Made by a program: the position numbers and the translations under genes
The notes under the pieces: generated by a model
What the model was told of the DNA's origin: nothing
The model's input: only the letters and a program-made list of their open reading frames with translations
Databases searched by the model: none
Shown here: positions 1-10,318 of the stretch, piece by piece
Numbering within the stretch: the first letter of the stretch is position 1
How the letters are laid out: each line of letters opens with the position of its first letter
Assembly (NCBI GenBank): GCA_003707115.1
Contig: PPNB01000001.1
Span: 62,001 to 126,000, forward strand
Length of the DNA stretch: 64,000 nt
Reading direction: 5' to 3'
Source of the DNA: Tortispora ganteri
Taxonomy: Eukaryota

Positions 1-56
1 TCAAGAACTGCCAAGCCTATATCCTTTTCTATCTGATTAAGAATCTGCCACCATGA
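1..56 (+). CDS. 3' end of a USP-family ubiquitin C-terminal hydrolase (Ubp8-like), truncated by window edge
   Basis: Frame from nt 3 reads KNCQAYILFYLIKNLPP-stop (TGA 54-56); AYxLFY is the terminal motif of USP domains. Confidence 0.6.
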   Translation, partial: KNCQAYILFYLIKNLPP

Positions 57-332
57 CGAACAAAAGGGCTAGGCACTTAGTTGACTACCTATAATACATG
101 CATAATAAACTCTCGGATTATATTATTATTCGTTATTTAATGCCTAATCACCGATATCACTGTTAACCTGTATTTTTTAGCCTGTCACCTCTACGTGACT
201 ATATGTGCCCCTTGAGCCGGGTAAGTTTTTTATACAGCACATTTAAGGATTTTATCGTAAGAACTCACTAAGACCGCAAGATATTTTTTTCTAAACAATA
301 ATACTCTAGTAGCGCGCGAGCTAGCATATAAA

Positions 333-2252
333 ATGCCTCAAACGCAACTAGCCTGTAAGTATATTTTATATATGTATATGCATAGAGAATTGCTGTGCTA
401 ACGCGTTATAGACCGCACAAGTAAGGCTTTAGGGCTCATTTCGGGGTCTGGTTCATTTGAGCAGCAGGCTGACCTTACTGGTAAAGTGGCTAAATGCGCT
501 AAGTATTCACCGAATGGAAAATATTTCGCTTTTGCTAGCGCTACCTCTGTGATTGTTTTGAACCCTGAAGATGGCTCTTTGTTTAACGAATTACTTATTC
601 CTGGGGTCCTTGAACTTGGATTCTCCCCCCTCGGATCCCATGTGATCACCTGGGTGAGACCGGTCAAACAGGAAGATGGAAATCTTGCCGACAATTTGAT
701 AGTCTGGGACGTTCGAACTGGCGAGAAACTGGTTTCGTTTGTCCAGAAATCTCAGACAAACTGGAATTTGCAATACACTTACGATGAAAAATACTGTGCT
801 AGAATGGTCACCAATGAGATTCACTTCTTCGAGTCGTCCAATATGAAAAAGCTCTGGAATAAAATCCGCATCGAAGGCTGCGCAGATTTTAGCATATCTA
901 TGGGTAAATCTTATGCCTTTGCTGTCTTCGTCCGCGAAAAAGATGGCCGCCCGGCTAATGTCGGTATTTATCAGATACCTGATTTCACCGCGCCCGTTGC
1001 GTGGATATCATTCTATAAGGCGGACAAAGTTCGAATGAAATGGAACATTATTGGTACATCTCTCATAGTCTTGGCCTCAACCGATATTGACCAAACTGGC
1101 AAAAGTTATTACGGCGAAACTAACCTCTACTTGCTTGGTATCGCCGGAGGATTGGCGCAGCAAGTTCAATTAGAGCCTGGCACCCCAGTATATGATGTTT
1201 CTTGGTCACCAAGTTCTAGAGAGTTCGCTGTTGTGTTTGGTTACATGCCTGCCAAAATACTGATTATAGATGCTCGAGGTAACACTTTGTTCAATATCCC
1301 TCGCGGTCCACGGAACGTTGTATCTTACTCTCCTCATGGAAAATTTTTCCTTGCAGGAGGATTTGGTAATCTCCAGGGACAAATTGATGTCTATGACCGT
1401 GACGCTGATTTCAAAAAAATTGCTATGATTGATGCCCCTAATTCTACCGTTTGTGAGTGGTCGCCAGATGGTCGTTCCATCCTGACTGCTACTACATCTC
1501 CACGTTTGCGTGTTGATAACGGTATAAAGATCTGGTTTTATAATGGAAAGCTGTTGTATAAAGAAGACATAGAGGAACTGTTTAATGTCGCCTGGAGGCC
1601 TCAGGAAGCGTCTCTTTACACACCACCTAGAGCTACCTCGCCAACTCCTGAACCTCACTCGTCTGCTGCGGGATTCGTGGACTGCACCAACTCAAAGCCG
1701 GTAGGCGTTTATCGTCCTCCACGTGCGCGTGCTAATGGGTCTGAAACGGGTACCGTGACTGCGCTATTACGTGCTGAAAACTCTTCGACTCCTTCTAAGA
1801 AATATCCCACTTCTTCGAAGTTCATCTCATCATTTCAGCGTTTCGGAGGACAGCAAACAGTGCCTGGAGCAGCAGGCTACAAGCCACCTGGAGCACCCAC
1901 CGAGTCTGCTGATAGTTTTTCTAAGACAGCGTTGCGAAACAAAAAGAAGAGAGAGGCTAAAAAGAAAGGTGGCAATGAGGAGTCCAGCAGTACCGAAGGA
2001 TCTCCAGCTCCCCAAGCTGAGGTTAGTATTGCGGAACCCCAAGAGAATGCTACTACTGAAGAGGCACCTCAACGTGCTCTTTCGGCTGAAGAACGCAAAG
2101 TGAGAGGATTACTGAAGAAGCTAAGAGTGATTGAAGAATACAAGATGAGAATAGCCAACAAAGAAGTTCTTGAGGAGAATCAGATGGAGAAAGTGAAAAG
2201 GGAAGATGATATTCGTAAACAGCTCACGAGTCTCGGCTGGAAAGGAGTTTAA
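333..2252 (+). CDS. Translation initiation factor eIF2A; exons 333-354 and 412-2252
   Basis: WD-like propeller with DQTGKSYYGE, GFGNL and SPRLRVDNG motifs; intron 355-411 (GTAAGT..GCTAAC..TAG) restores MPQTQLAYRTSK in frame. Confidence 0.93.
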
Positions 2253-2372
2253 TTTAGTTTCGATGATAAAATCTTCGAATTCAACTCTAAATATGAATTA
2301 GAAAGCGTAATGAGGTAATGTAGAATCAGTCTGAGAGGAAGCCAGCGAAAAATATTTCGCATGAAAGATATG

Positions 2373-3650
2373 TTATTGCTTTTTGTTACGTAAATCTTTA
2401 ATTGTTAAAGGGATTTGATCCAAAATGCTAGCATGGCCTGGCTTATAAGCGGATGTGTAAAGATTTTCTGTGGGGTGCGGGTGAAACATTGCTGGTTCAC
2501 GACATTCTGTGATCACACCAATACCAGGAGGATCAGTTAATCGGAATATGCCAAAATTAGGAGTTTTCTGAGGAGCACAAACTATGGCTATTGACTCAGG
2601 GAGCATCAGTTGGTAAGAATTATGCGTATGAAGGTCGACTGAAGACATAAAGCAGGTTTGCGTAGGATGAGTGTGTATCCAACCCAGAATAAACAGATCA
2701 TTTGAGTCGATAAACTGAAAAAGGCGTTCTTCGTCTTTTGTCTGGCAACTGTTTGGAGTATTATCCTGTTCGGGTATTACTAGATGAGTAACAAAGAATG
2801 CATTAAGGCTAAGCTTCCCGCAAAGTATGCCACAGGTCTCTAGTCCTCGGGAGGTGTTATTACTGGAAATGTCCAAAAATCTTTTATGAAGACACTCTGG
2901 AAGAAATACTGTTCTGAGAGGGTCCCCACGCTCAGTAAAGTTCTTTATCGGATGAGAAACGGTTTTCTTAGGAGAAGCAGGGCCGGAGTCAATAGGAGGG
3001 GTATACGGCTCTAAGTGAGAGACGGTGGCGGCTTTTGAAGGGAGAGGAGGAGATTTAGCTTGAACTGACAAGACTGATGTTGGAGGGGAAACAGATGACT
3101 GAGAAATGTTTACAGATGGGTAGTAATATGATTGAGGTGAAGGCGAGACCAGCGTCGATTGAGGAATCGAGGGTGGTTTATACGCAAGGTCTTTCATATA
3201 ATCAAAAACATCGTCTTTGTGTCGTTCAAATACATTTGAACGAGACAAAGAAGCCGGTTCATGATCCGCAGAGAGAGGGTGAAGCTGATGCTGGAATAGA
3301 GGCTGCAGAGCTTTTTGGTCGCCCTGCTGATGCTGCAATGACCTAGCTTGAAGTTGCTGGAGCACTTGGGGTTTAATTTGTTCAGCATACTTTAAAGCTG
3401 TGTCAGCGTTAGGTAGAAGAGACTTATATTGCGACTGAACAGATTTGAACTCTGGGTGACTAGGTAGGGAGTTGAGGATCAGATCAGTGTATCGGAGGTA
3501 GAGCAGATAGGCCTGAGAGTAGAGATTATCTAGGCGATATATATTTGCCTGCCGGAGAATTGCATCAGAAGATCTGAACCAGTACTTTATAGGAATAGAT
3601 CGGCTGAATTCATAGTTTAAAGCATTGGCGTTGAGTTCTTTTATGGACAT
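2373..3650 (-). CDS. AMSH/STAMBP-like JAMM deubiquitinase (USP8-dimer/MIT-like N-terminus)
   Basis: ETCGILCG and WIHTHPTQTCFMSSVDLHTH JAMM motif. Confidence 0.93.
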   Translation of the reverse strand: MSIKELNANALNYEFSRSIPIKYWFRSSDAILRQANIYRLDNLYSQAYLLYLRYTDLILNSLPSHPEFKSVQSQYKSLLPNADTALKYAEQIKPQVLQQLQARSLQHQQGDQKALQPLFQHQLHPLSADHEPASLSRSNVFERHKDDVFDYMKDLAYKPPSIPQSTLVSPSPQSYYYPSVNISQSSVSPPTSVLSVQAKSPPLPSKAATVSHLEPYTPPIDSGPASPKKTVSHPIKNFTERGDPLRTVFLPECLHKRFLDISSNNTSRGLETCGILCGKLSLNAFFVTHLVIPEQDNTPNSCQTKDEERLFQFIDSNDLFILGWIHTHPTQTCFMSSVDLHTHNSYQLMLPESIAIVCAPQKTPNFGIFRLTDPPGIGVITECREPAMFHPHPTENLYTSAYKPGHASILDQIPLTIKDLRNKKQ

Positions 3651-3721
3651 CAGCTAAGGTGCTTTGAGAAAAAAGTGGAGGGCAAAAGGTGGGGGAGGGT
3701 AGAGGGAACTTAGAAACAGAC

Positions 3722-4642
3722 ATGAAATTGAAGATAAGAAGTACTTCAGAAAACAAAGTAATTGATATTGAAGATGACTCTGATATAAGTAAATTAAAAG
3801 AGATTATAGGGTTTAAAAATATTGAGAGTATCAAGTTCGGGTACCCACTAAAGACGATTAAAATAGATAATGAAGGACAACTGCTTACTGATCTCGGGAT
3901 CAAGTCTGGTGAGACTTTGATCATCAATGGCAAGAGTACTGTGGTAAATTCTACTGAATCCAAACCAAAGTCTGTGACAGATTTAAATTTGTCTACATTA
4001 GAGCCTTATGTGAACTACGGTAATAAATATCTGACCATAAGGGTTATGAAAGATGACAATTCGTGCCTCTTCAATTCGATCAGCTATAATATATTGAAGA
4101 CATTACAGGACCCATATGAGTTGCGGGATCTTATTGCGTCGTATATAAAAAGTAACTCACTTGAGTATAATGAAGCTATTTTAGGCCGAGATGTCGATGA
4201 ATATTGTGCATGGATCAAGCAGGAAAATTCGTGGGGTGGCGCAATTGAGATATCAATACTTGCTAAGTACTTCAATATAACTATTCATTCTATTGACGTA
4301 CAAACCGGAAGAATAGACTCATTTGAACCTAATAGTTCTGAGTCTAATCCTGAAAAATTTTGCGTGATTGTCTATAGCGGTATTCACTATGACTCGATTG
4401 CAGCAACACCCTATTTGAACGCCCCTAATGATCTGGATACTACTGTATTCGATGTGAGCAGCGACTCTGATGTACTTGTCGAAACAAAAAAATTAGTAGA
4501 CAAATTAAGGGCTCAACATTATTATACTGATACATCACAATTTAACATCAAATGCGGTATTTGTGGACAAACATTCAAGGGGGAGAAATCAGCGGTCAAT
4601 CACGCTAATGCAACTGGTCATTATCGGTTCGATGAGAAGTAA
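3722..4642 (+). CDS. OTU1: OTU-family deubiquitinase Otu1/YOD1
   Basis: UBX-like N-terminus, DDNSCLF, WGGAIE, YSGIHYD, C-terminal C2H2 finger; first ATG at 3722. Confidence 0.93.
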   Translation: MKLKIRSTSENKVIDIEDDSDISKLKEIIGFKNIESIKFGYPLKTIKIDNEGQLLTDLGIKSGETLIINGKSTVVNSTESKPKSVTDLNLSTLEPYVNYGNKYLTIRVMKDDNSCLFNSISYNILKTLQDPYELRDLIASYIKSNSLEYNEAILGRDVDEYCAWIKQENSWGGAIEISILAKYFNITIHSIDVQTGRIDSFEPNSSESNPEKFCVIVYSGIHYDSIAATPYLNAPNDLDTTVFDVSSDSDVLVETKKLVDKLRAQHYYTDTSQFNIKCGICGQTFKGEKSAVNHANATGHYRFDEK

Positions 4643-4695
4643 AAGGACACAAAACATGAAAAGTTCACCCTTTTAGATAATTTTCAGTTAATGTT

Positions 4696-5131
4696 TTAGA
4701 TTCCAATATTTTTAAGCTGCTCCTCAGTATTTCGCTGTTCTTTTTGATCAATGTACTTCTGTAAATCTAGTCCTGCGGCTGCATTAGACTCTTCTTGTGT
4801 ATACATGTCTGCTTTCAGTTGTTTAATCCTTCTGCGATGCGCTGATCCCTTCACATGTTTGGTTTTACTATCCAGATTCTCAAAGTATTTCGCACATTCA
4901 ATGCAATAGAATTGTCCAAGCCCTGGCAAATACTCATCAATTTCTTGATTCTCAAGTTGCTTCACTTTATAGCTATGTCTTAGATCTTCTTTTATTTGAT
5001 CTAAGTCTCTATGTCAACTGTTAGTAATTTTGCAATTTTCTAGCATTAAAAAAAATATCACAAACAAACCTTTTATATCTTTTGGTCTTTATTCTTTTAC
5101 TCGACTGCCGATTTGTGCCGTTTCGTGCCAT
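4696..5131 (-). CDS. BUD20: Pre-60S C2H2 zinc-finger protein Bud20/ZNF593; exons 5131-5070 and 5008-4696
   Basis: PGLGQFYCIECAKYF; intron 5069-5009 (GTTTGT..TACTAAC..TAG) gives MARNGTNRQSSKRIKTKRYKRDLDQI. Confidence 0.9.
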
Positions 5132-5224
5132 TTTTCCAGATGATTATTTTTTCTCCTTTTTGATCTGAATCGAACACTAAGTTTTCTCTCATCCACCAAA
5201 ACCCAAATTTTGCCTTTCACAGTA

Positions 5225-6859
5225 ATGTTAGTCAGATCATTCAGATTACATAGATCTGCCCTCAAGAGATGCTATTCTAGTAAGAATAACTATAATTCTC
5301 CTAAATGGTTTTCCAAGTATTATTTCTACGTTGGATTGGTCTCAAGCGCAGGGTTTGGTCTTTTCCAGTATTACAATTCTGTGGATAACGATTCCATACC
5401 AACTACTGCCACTTTGCAGATTGCTCCATATCCACGCCAAGTTCCTGGTCTATACTTATTTGGATTAAACAACGGTAGAATTCCAGGTTCAGACAAGAAA
5501 GAAGTACAATTACCTTCAAGGGTTCCTTTCTTCGATGGAAGACTCATCAGAGATATCGCATTCGGTACTGAATCTGCCGCCGCCATTCTGGATTCGGGTG
5601 ATCTCGTTCAATGGTCCTTATCAAACCCGGAACCAACTATCACCCTTAAAGGTCTCGATCTAAAACAAGTATCGATTTCAAATGGCTCGGTATATGCTTT
5701 ACCTAAGTCAGGTTCAAAAATTGCCGTAGTTTCTGAATCCCCGAAAGAAATTCTTTATAAGAACAAAGGCTTGTTCTGGTCTGAACCAGACGTGCGCTAC
5801 ATCTCACCGAATCTCTCTATGGGTGAAGCAGTCGATGAGATAAGTACAGGATCCTTCCACGGATTAATCAAAACTTCCTTAGGGAGAGTCTTCAGCTTTG
5901 CCACAGGATCGGATTCTTCCAGGTTGCCTAAATCTATGGCTCAGTACGGGGTAGCCAAATATCCGGCTTATGCTGATCCTCCTTCCGTCAACAGCCCCAT
6001 GCTATTGACAACCCTAAAAAATATAGATATTGTTAAGGTAGCTTGCGGTGACAATCACTCATTACTCTTAGATAGAACAGGACTTGCTTGGGCATTTGGT
6101 GACAATTCTTACGGCCAACTTGGTATTGAATACTCCTCAGAATCAGCTTTCATACCAATCCCGATACCTGTTACTATGAGAGAAAGACGATCTGAAACCG
6201 GAAAATCAAAGCTTTCTAATATGTTAATGCTTTCCTCATCTGGCGCAACTATTTCAAGTAACGTCGTTCAAATATCAGCTGGAGGTAATACATCGTTTTT
6301 TGTGGATTGCAAGAAGACAAACAATGAAGCAGACGAATATAACCTTTGGACCTGCGGCAATGGTGTTGTCGGACAGCATGGAACTGGTGTGTTCAGCCAG
6401 TATTTAGGGTATCTACGGCTAGTGAAGAGACTTTCAGGTGTGAAGTATTACTCTGAAAAGGAGGGCAAGCTAAAACCGGTTCCATTGTCCTTGATCTGCG
6501 TTGGGTCTACTCACGTCTTAGCTGCTTTGCGTTCGGAGGCTCTAATTGAAGGCTCGAACACTACTGGCAGCGACTTATACGTGTGGGGCGGAAACGAGCA
6601 TGGACAATTAGGAACTGGTAAAAGAAGCAACACTGCAGTTCCAATTCAGATCAACCCTTTAGATTCCCAGTTGCCTCTCGATACAGTTAAGCAAAGGCAA
6701 ACTGCGGAAGCAGGGAAGCTCATTCTGGAGTCTCCTAACAAATCTTCTACATTGTTGAAAAACTCAAAAGGCGTTATGGTACGGAAGGATGTTAAATCTG
6801 AAGATAAAGCTGCTGTGGGACCATATATTACTGCTATATATCGCAGTCCTAGCCCGTAG
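5225..6859 (+). CDS. FMP25: Mitochondrial RCC1-repeat protein (Fmp25/Bca1-like)
   Basis: Presequence plus TM segment; RCC1 repeats (ACGDNHSLLL, GDNSYGQLG, WGGNEHGQLGTGKRSN). Confidence 0.8.
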   Translation: MLVRSFRLHRSALKRCYSSKNNYNSPKWFSKYYFYVGLVSSAGFGLFQYYNSVDNDSIPTTATLQIAPYPRQVPGLYLFGLNNGRIPGSDKKEVQLPSRVPFFDGRLIRDIAFGTESAAAILDSGDLVQWSLSNPEPTITLKGLDLKQVSISNGSVYALPKSGSKIAVVSESPKEILYKNKGLFWSEPDVRYISPNLSMGEAVDEISTGSFHGLIKTSLGRVFSFATGSDSSRLPKSMAQYGVAKYPAYADPPSVNSPMLLTTLKNIDIVKVACGDNHSLLLDRTGLAWAFGDNSYGQLGIEYSSESAFIPIPIPVTMRERRSETGKSKLSNMLMLSSSGATISSNVVQISAGGNTSFFVDCKKTNNEADEYNLWTCGNGVVGQHGTGVFSQYLGYLRLVKRLSGVKYYSEKEGKLKPVPLSLICVGSTHVLAALRSEALIEGSNTTGSDLYVWGGNEHGQLGTGKRSNTAVPIQINPLDSQLPLDTVKQRQTAEAGKLILESPNKSSTLLKNSKGVMVRKDVKSEDKAAVGPYITAIYRSPSP

Positions 6860-6980
6860 TGGATCAATTTGAGCACTACAGCTAAGTGGTTATTAAAGTT
6901 TTCAGGAATATTGCCATTCACACCTAATAGTTTCTTTCTACCCCGCAATATTTTGCGTGCTTTTAGCATACGCAAGCACT

Positions 6981-8039
6981 ATGACATTGTCAGTAAAATC
7001 TCTGTATATATACCCTGTGAAGAGTTTGCTGCCTATATCATTGAACGAGGCTGAAATTGGATCAACTGGGCTGAAATATGATCGCACATTCATGCTTCGA
7101 AGAAGTCATGATCCTCCTGCTAAGAATTGCACTATGGTAGAGCCTATGCATTGCACTATTTATCCCCAAATGTCTTTGTTCCGCCCCAGTATTAATCAGG
7201 GTGTACTAACTCTAACACATATAAAAACAGGAAATAATATTGATTTGCCGTTAGAGCCTAATGTTGAGGGACTGGAGACCGATACGATTCGTGTTCTAGG
7301 GTCGGAGGCTACCGCATGGAAGATGCCTACATACATCACCGAGTTTCTTACTCAAGAATTTGGGTTTCATGTAGACATGTTTTATATAGGACAAAAGAGA
7401 CGGAAGATTCTTGGTGAAAATCTTAATCCTATGAATCGAGGGAACAGAGCATTTTCTTGGCTTGGTTCTTGGTTCACTAGTGCACCAAAGTTCGCTGAGG
7501 ATCCGTTATCATTTTCAGATCATGCACAATTTTTGATTATTTCAGAATCTAGTTTAAGTGAATTAAGGGGACGAGCCGCTGAGAAAAACAACGTTAAGAA
7601 CTACGACGATCAATACGGCGTGGCCAATGATGCAATGGGATTCTACGAAGAAACCAAGTTGCGGCCTAATATTGTATTGACCGGTCCAGTGATGCCATGG
7701 GAAGAAGACTTCTGGGGAACTTTATTAATTGATACCAACGAAGGGCCGATTCGTATGTACTTGACAGGTAACTGCTGTCGATGTAGAGCGCTGGATATTG
7801 ACTATACCAAGGGAACACATGTTGACAACGACAAAGCAGTATTAAAACTTCTAATGAAAGACCGTCGTGTTGATACTGGTAACAAATATAGTCCAGTTTT
7901 CGGGCGGTATGGTTTCACCGAGTTGGATAATGCTGGCCATATAATTTCTGTTGGTAGTTCGGTGCAGATCGAACATATTAAGACTGAACGTGATGTTCAT
8001 GATTGGCCAAAGATCAGCATCGCGCCTAGTTCCACATAG
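6981..8039 (+). CDS. MOSC-domain protein (mARC-like putative molybdoenzyme)
   Basis: LYIYPVKSL, YDRTFML, LRPNIVL, WEEDFW and CCRC motifs. Confidence 0.88.
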   Translation: MTLSVKSLYIYPVKSLLPISLNEAEIGSTGLKYDRTFMLRRSHDPPAKNCTMVEPMHCTIYPQMSLFRPSINQGVLTLTHIKTGNNIDLPLEPNVEGLETDTIRVLGSEATAWKMPTYITEFLTQEFGFHVDMFYIGQKRRKILGENLNPMNRGNRAFSWLGSWFTSAPKFAEDPLSFSDHAQFLIISESSLSELRGRAAEKNNVKNYDDQYGVANDAMGFYEETKLRPNIVLTGPVMPWEEDFWGTLLIDTNEGPIRMYLTGNCCRCRALDIDYTKGTHVDNDKAVLKLLMKDRRVDTGNKYSPVFGRYGFTELDNAGHIISVGSSVQIEHIKTERDVHDWPKISIAPSST

Positions 8040-8259
8040 AAGTTATCTTCGCGTATGATGAGAAGAAATACATAAATGGCTCAATATTAAACATGATAAG
8101 TTAAGGAAGCTAATGATACTTATTGTAACTAAAAACCAAAATAACTGTTATTACTGCTTCTGTAAAAATAAGGTTTTTTTTTTGCTCTTTCCCTTCGGAG
8201 CAAAGGTTCAAGTCTTGGAATCAGACAATACATCGTATATCTGTATATAAATTAAAATA

Positions 8260-8808
8260 ATGGCAGCAATTCAGTTATCGAGATCACCGTCACTATTACT
8301 ATTTGGTGTATCGTTAAGGCATATTGCGTTAAATTTGCCAAAACAGGGCGTTATTGCCGGGAATATACCAAGATCTTTAACTCCTACAGACATTTTCAAG
8401 CCTTCACACAACGGTTTATTCGGCTGGACATTAGAACGATTAGGTCAAGCATTAGAACAGTGGTCTGGAATTTTATGGGCTGCTCCTAAGAAGAGAAGTT
8501 CATATGCTAAGAAAAGGAAGCGTTTGTTAGCACCTGCACGCAACCAAGTCAAACCGACTGGACCGCTAGAAGAATGCCAGGGCTGTGGAAGATACAAGAG
8601 GAAGCACACTGTATGCATGCCATGCGTCGATGACATTAAAGCTATGTGGAACAAAGAAAGCCGAAATGCCAAAAATGAAGAGGAAACTACTTCTGAAATT
8701 CATGACATGATATATCCCAAACTGCATTCGCCGGCGTATGATCATATGAGATGGGAAATGAAGAACTGGGTTCCTCAACGTCAAAAACCTTTGAAAGTAA
8801 AAGAATGA
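8260..8808 (+). CDS. MRPL32: Mitochondrial ribosomal protein bL32m
   Basis: Long presequence then AAPKKRSS and CxxC..HTVCxxC. Confidence 0.9.
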   Translation: MAAIQLSRSPSLLLFGVSLRHIALNLPKQGVIAGNIPRSLTPTDIFKPSHNGLFGWTLERLGQALEQWSGILWAAPKKRSSYAKKRKRLLAPARNQVKPTGPLEECQGCGRYKRKHTVCMPCVDDIKAMWNKESRNAKNEEETTSEIHDMIYPKLHSPAYDHMRWEMKNWVPQRQKPLKVKE

Positions 8809-9090
8809 TCTTTATTTGGTTAACTGTAGTGTTGAGAAAATGTGCGTGTAAATTTGAATGAGGGTGTGCGTGTTGCTTTTCTAAGAACACGGTCACGTCA
8901 GGTTGAGTAGCGACACTATTATTTGCATACTTTTTGATGCCAGCTGCACTTAAATCGTCTTAGTAGTGTTTATTTTTGCCTATAAATCTTTATAACTATA
9001 ATAATATATTTAGAACTATAGCTCTTGGGTAGGGAATATGTCATGTGTCAGGACATTGACTTGCAACTTCCCTTCCGACAAATAGACAAT

Positions 9091-10204
9091 ATGGTAAGTA
9101 GAAATCACAATTCGTATATTATGCAGAAGACTAATTAGTTAGTCAAATCAATATTTGGTATCTGTGGCTCACAGAGATTGCCATGAATCAGATATATTTT
9201 CTATATGCTGCAGTCAATATGGAGTTTTCACTACTTCTGGTGATGGAGCGATCAAATTCTGGACCTATAGAAATCCAGCAGATATCAACAGCAACCCCGC
9301 TGACGGAGCAATAGTTGCCGGTAAAGGCTCTAAATTAGAATCCAACGATTCGAAACTGGGTTATCACCACTTAGGCATATCTCCAAATCAAGAGTTCCTC
9401 GGTGCTGCTTCCTTCACAGGCGCTCTTCAATTGTTTGCCATTTCTGTACCTGCAGATAATACAAAACCGCCAAAGCTATCTTCAATACTATCTCCAGATG
9501 ACACGCCAATGAAAAAATGTATAGAGAACTACGTGTGGGCGTTTCAACTTGCCGAATACGACCTAGGACACGACTCTGGGCCTCTGCCGATATTAGCAGT
9601 CATCACAGTCGACCACCAGCTCACCGTATTTGACCTGGAAGAAGGCAGTCAAATTGCTTCCTGGTCAGTGAAGTCAAAAGACTCCAGAAAAGGCTATCCC
9701 ATATGCCTCGATGTGTCTCCATCACTCGGGCTAGTCGCTGTAGGTGATGATGATGGAACTGTTCACATCTATTCCCTGCATACTGGCAGATCGCTATTGT
9801 CACTCACCGGAATATCTAGGAAAGCAATCAGATCAGTGAAGTTCTCTCCTGATGGCACTCAGATAGCAGTTGCAGGAGATGCTGGATCGATATCCATATA
9901 TGATGTGAAAGACGCTGCTGGTGAGCAAGTCGCGCTGTTGAATGGCCATGGTTCTGATACCTGGGTATTCTCTTTAGATTGGTCTGCATCTGGTGAGTGT
10001 CTTTTGTCAGGTGGATACGACGGTAATGTAAAAATATGGGATGTTCGAACCACAGAATGTATAGCTACGCATTCAGAGGCTGACCATTCTTCTGCTATAT
10101 TCTCTCTTCAATGGACTCCAATCGGGCCGCGACGATCCTATCAAGGGTTTGCGGCAGCTGGCTCGGATATGACTTTACGAATCTATCGCTTAGCCGGACA
10201 ATAG
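9091..10204 (+). CDS. SKI8: WD40 protein Ski8/Rec14; exon 1 is ATG only (9091-9093), exon 2 9143-10204
   Basis: Intron 9094-9142 (GTAAGT..ACTAAT..TAG) gives MSNQYLVSVAHRDCHESDIFS; WD repeats. Confidence 0.85.
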
Positions 10205-10318
10205 TAGAGACCTTCTGATTGCTTACCGCACTTGCTTTTGCTTTCGTCAACCTACTCTAATAAACAATAATTGTCTGCCCTTAATACAAAATATAATCCT
10301 AGCCAGTTAGTTGTATTA

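Noticed and set aside
8204..8213. B-box-like GGTTCAAGTC upstream of MRPL32
   Set aside because: No A-box or cloverleaf around it; a single short match is expected by chance
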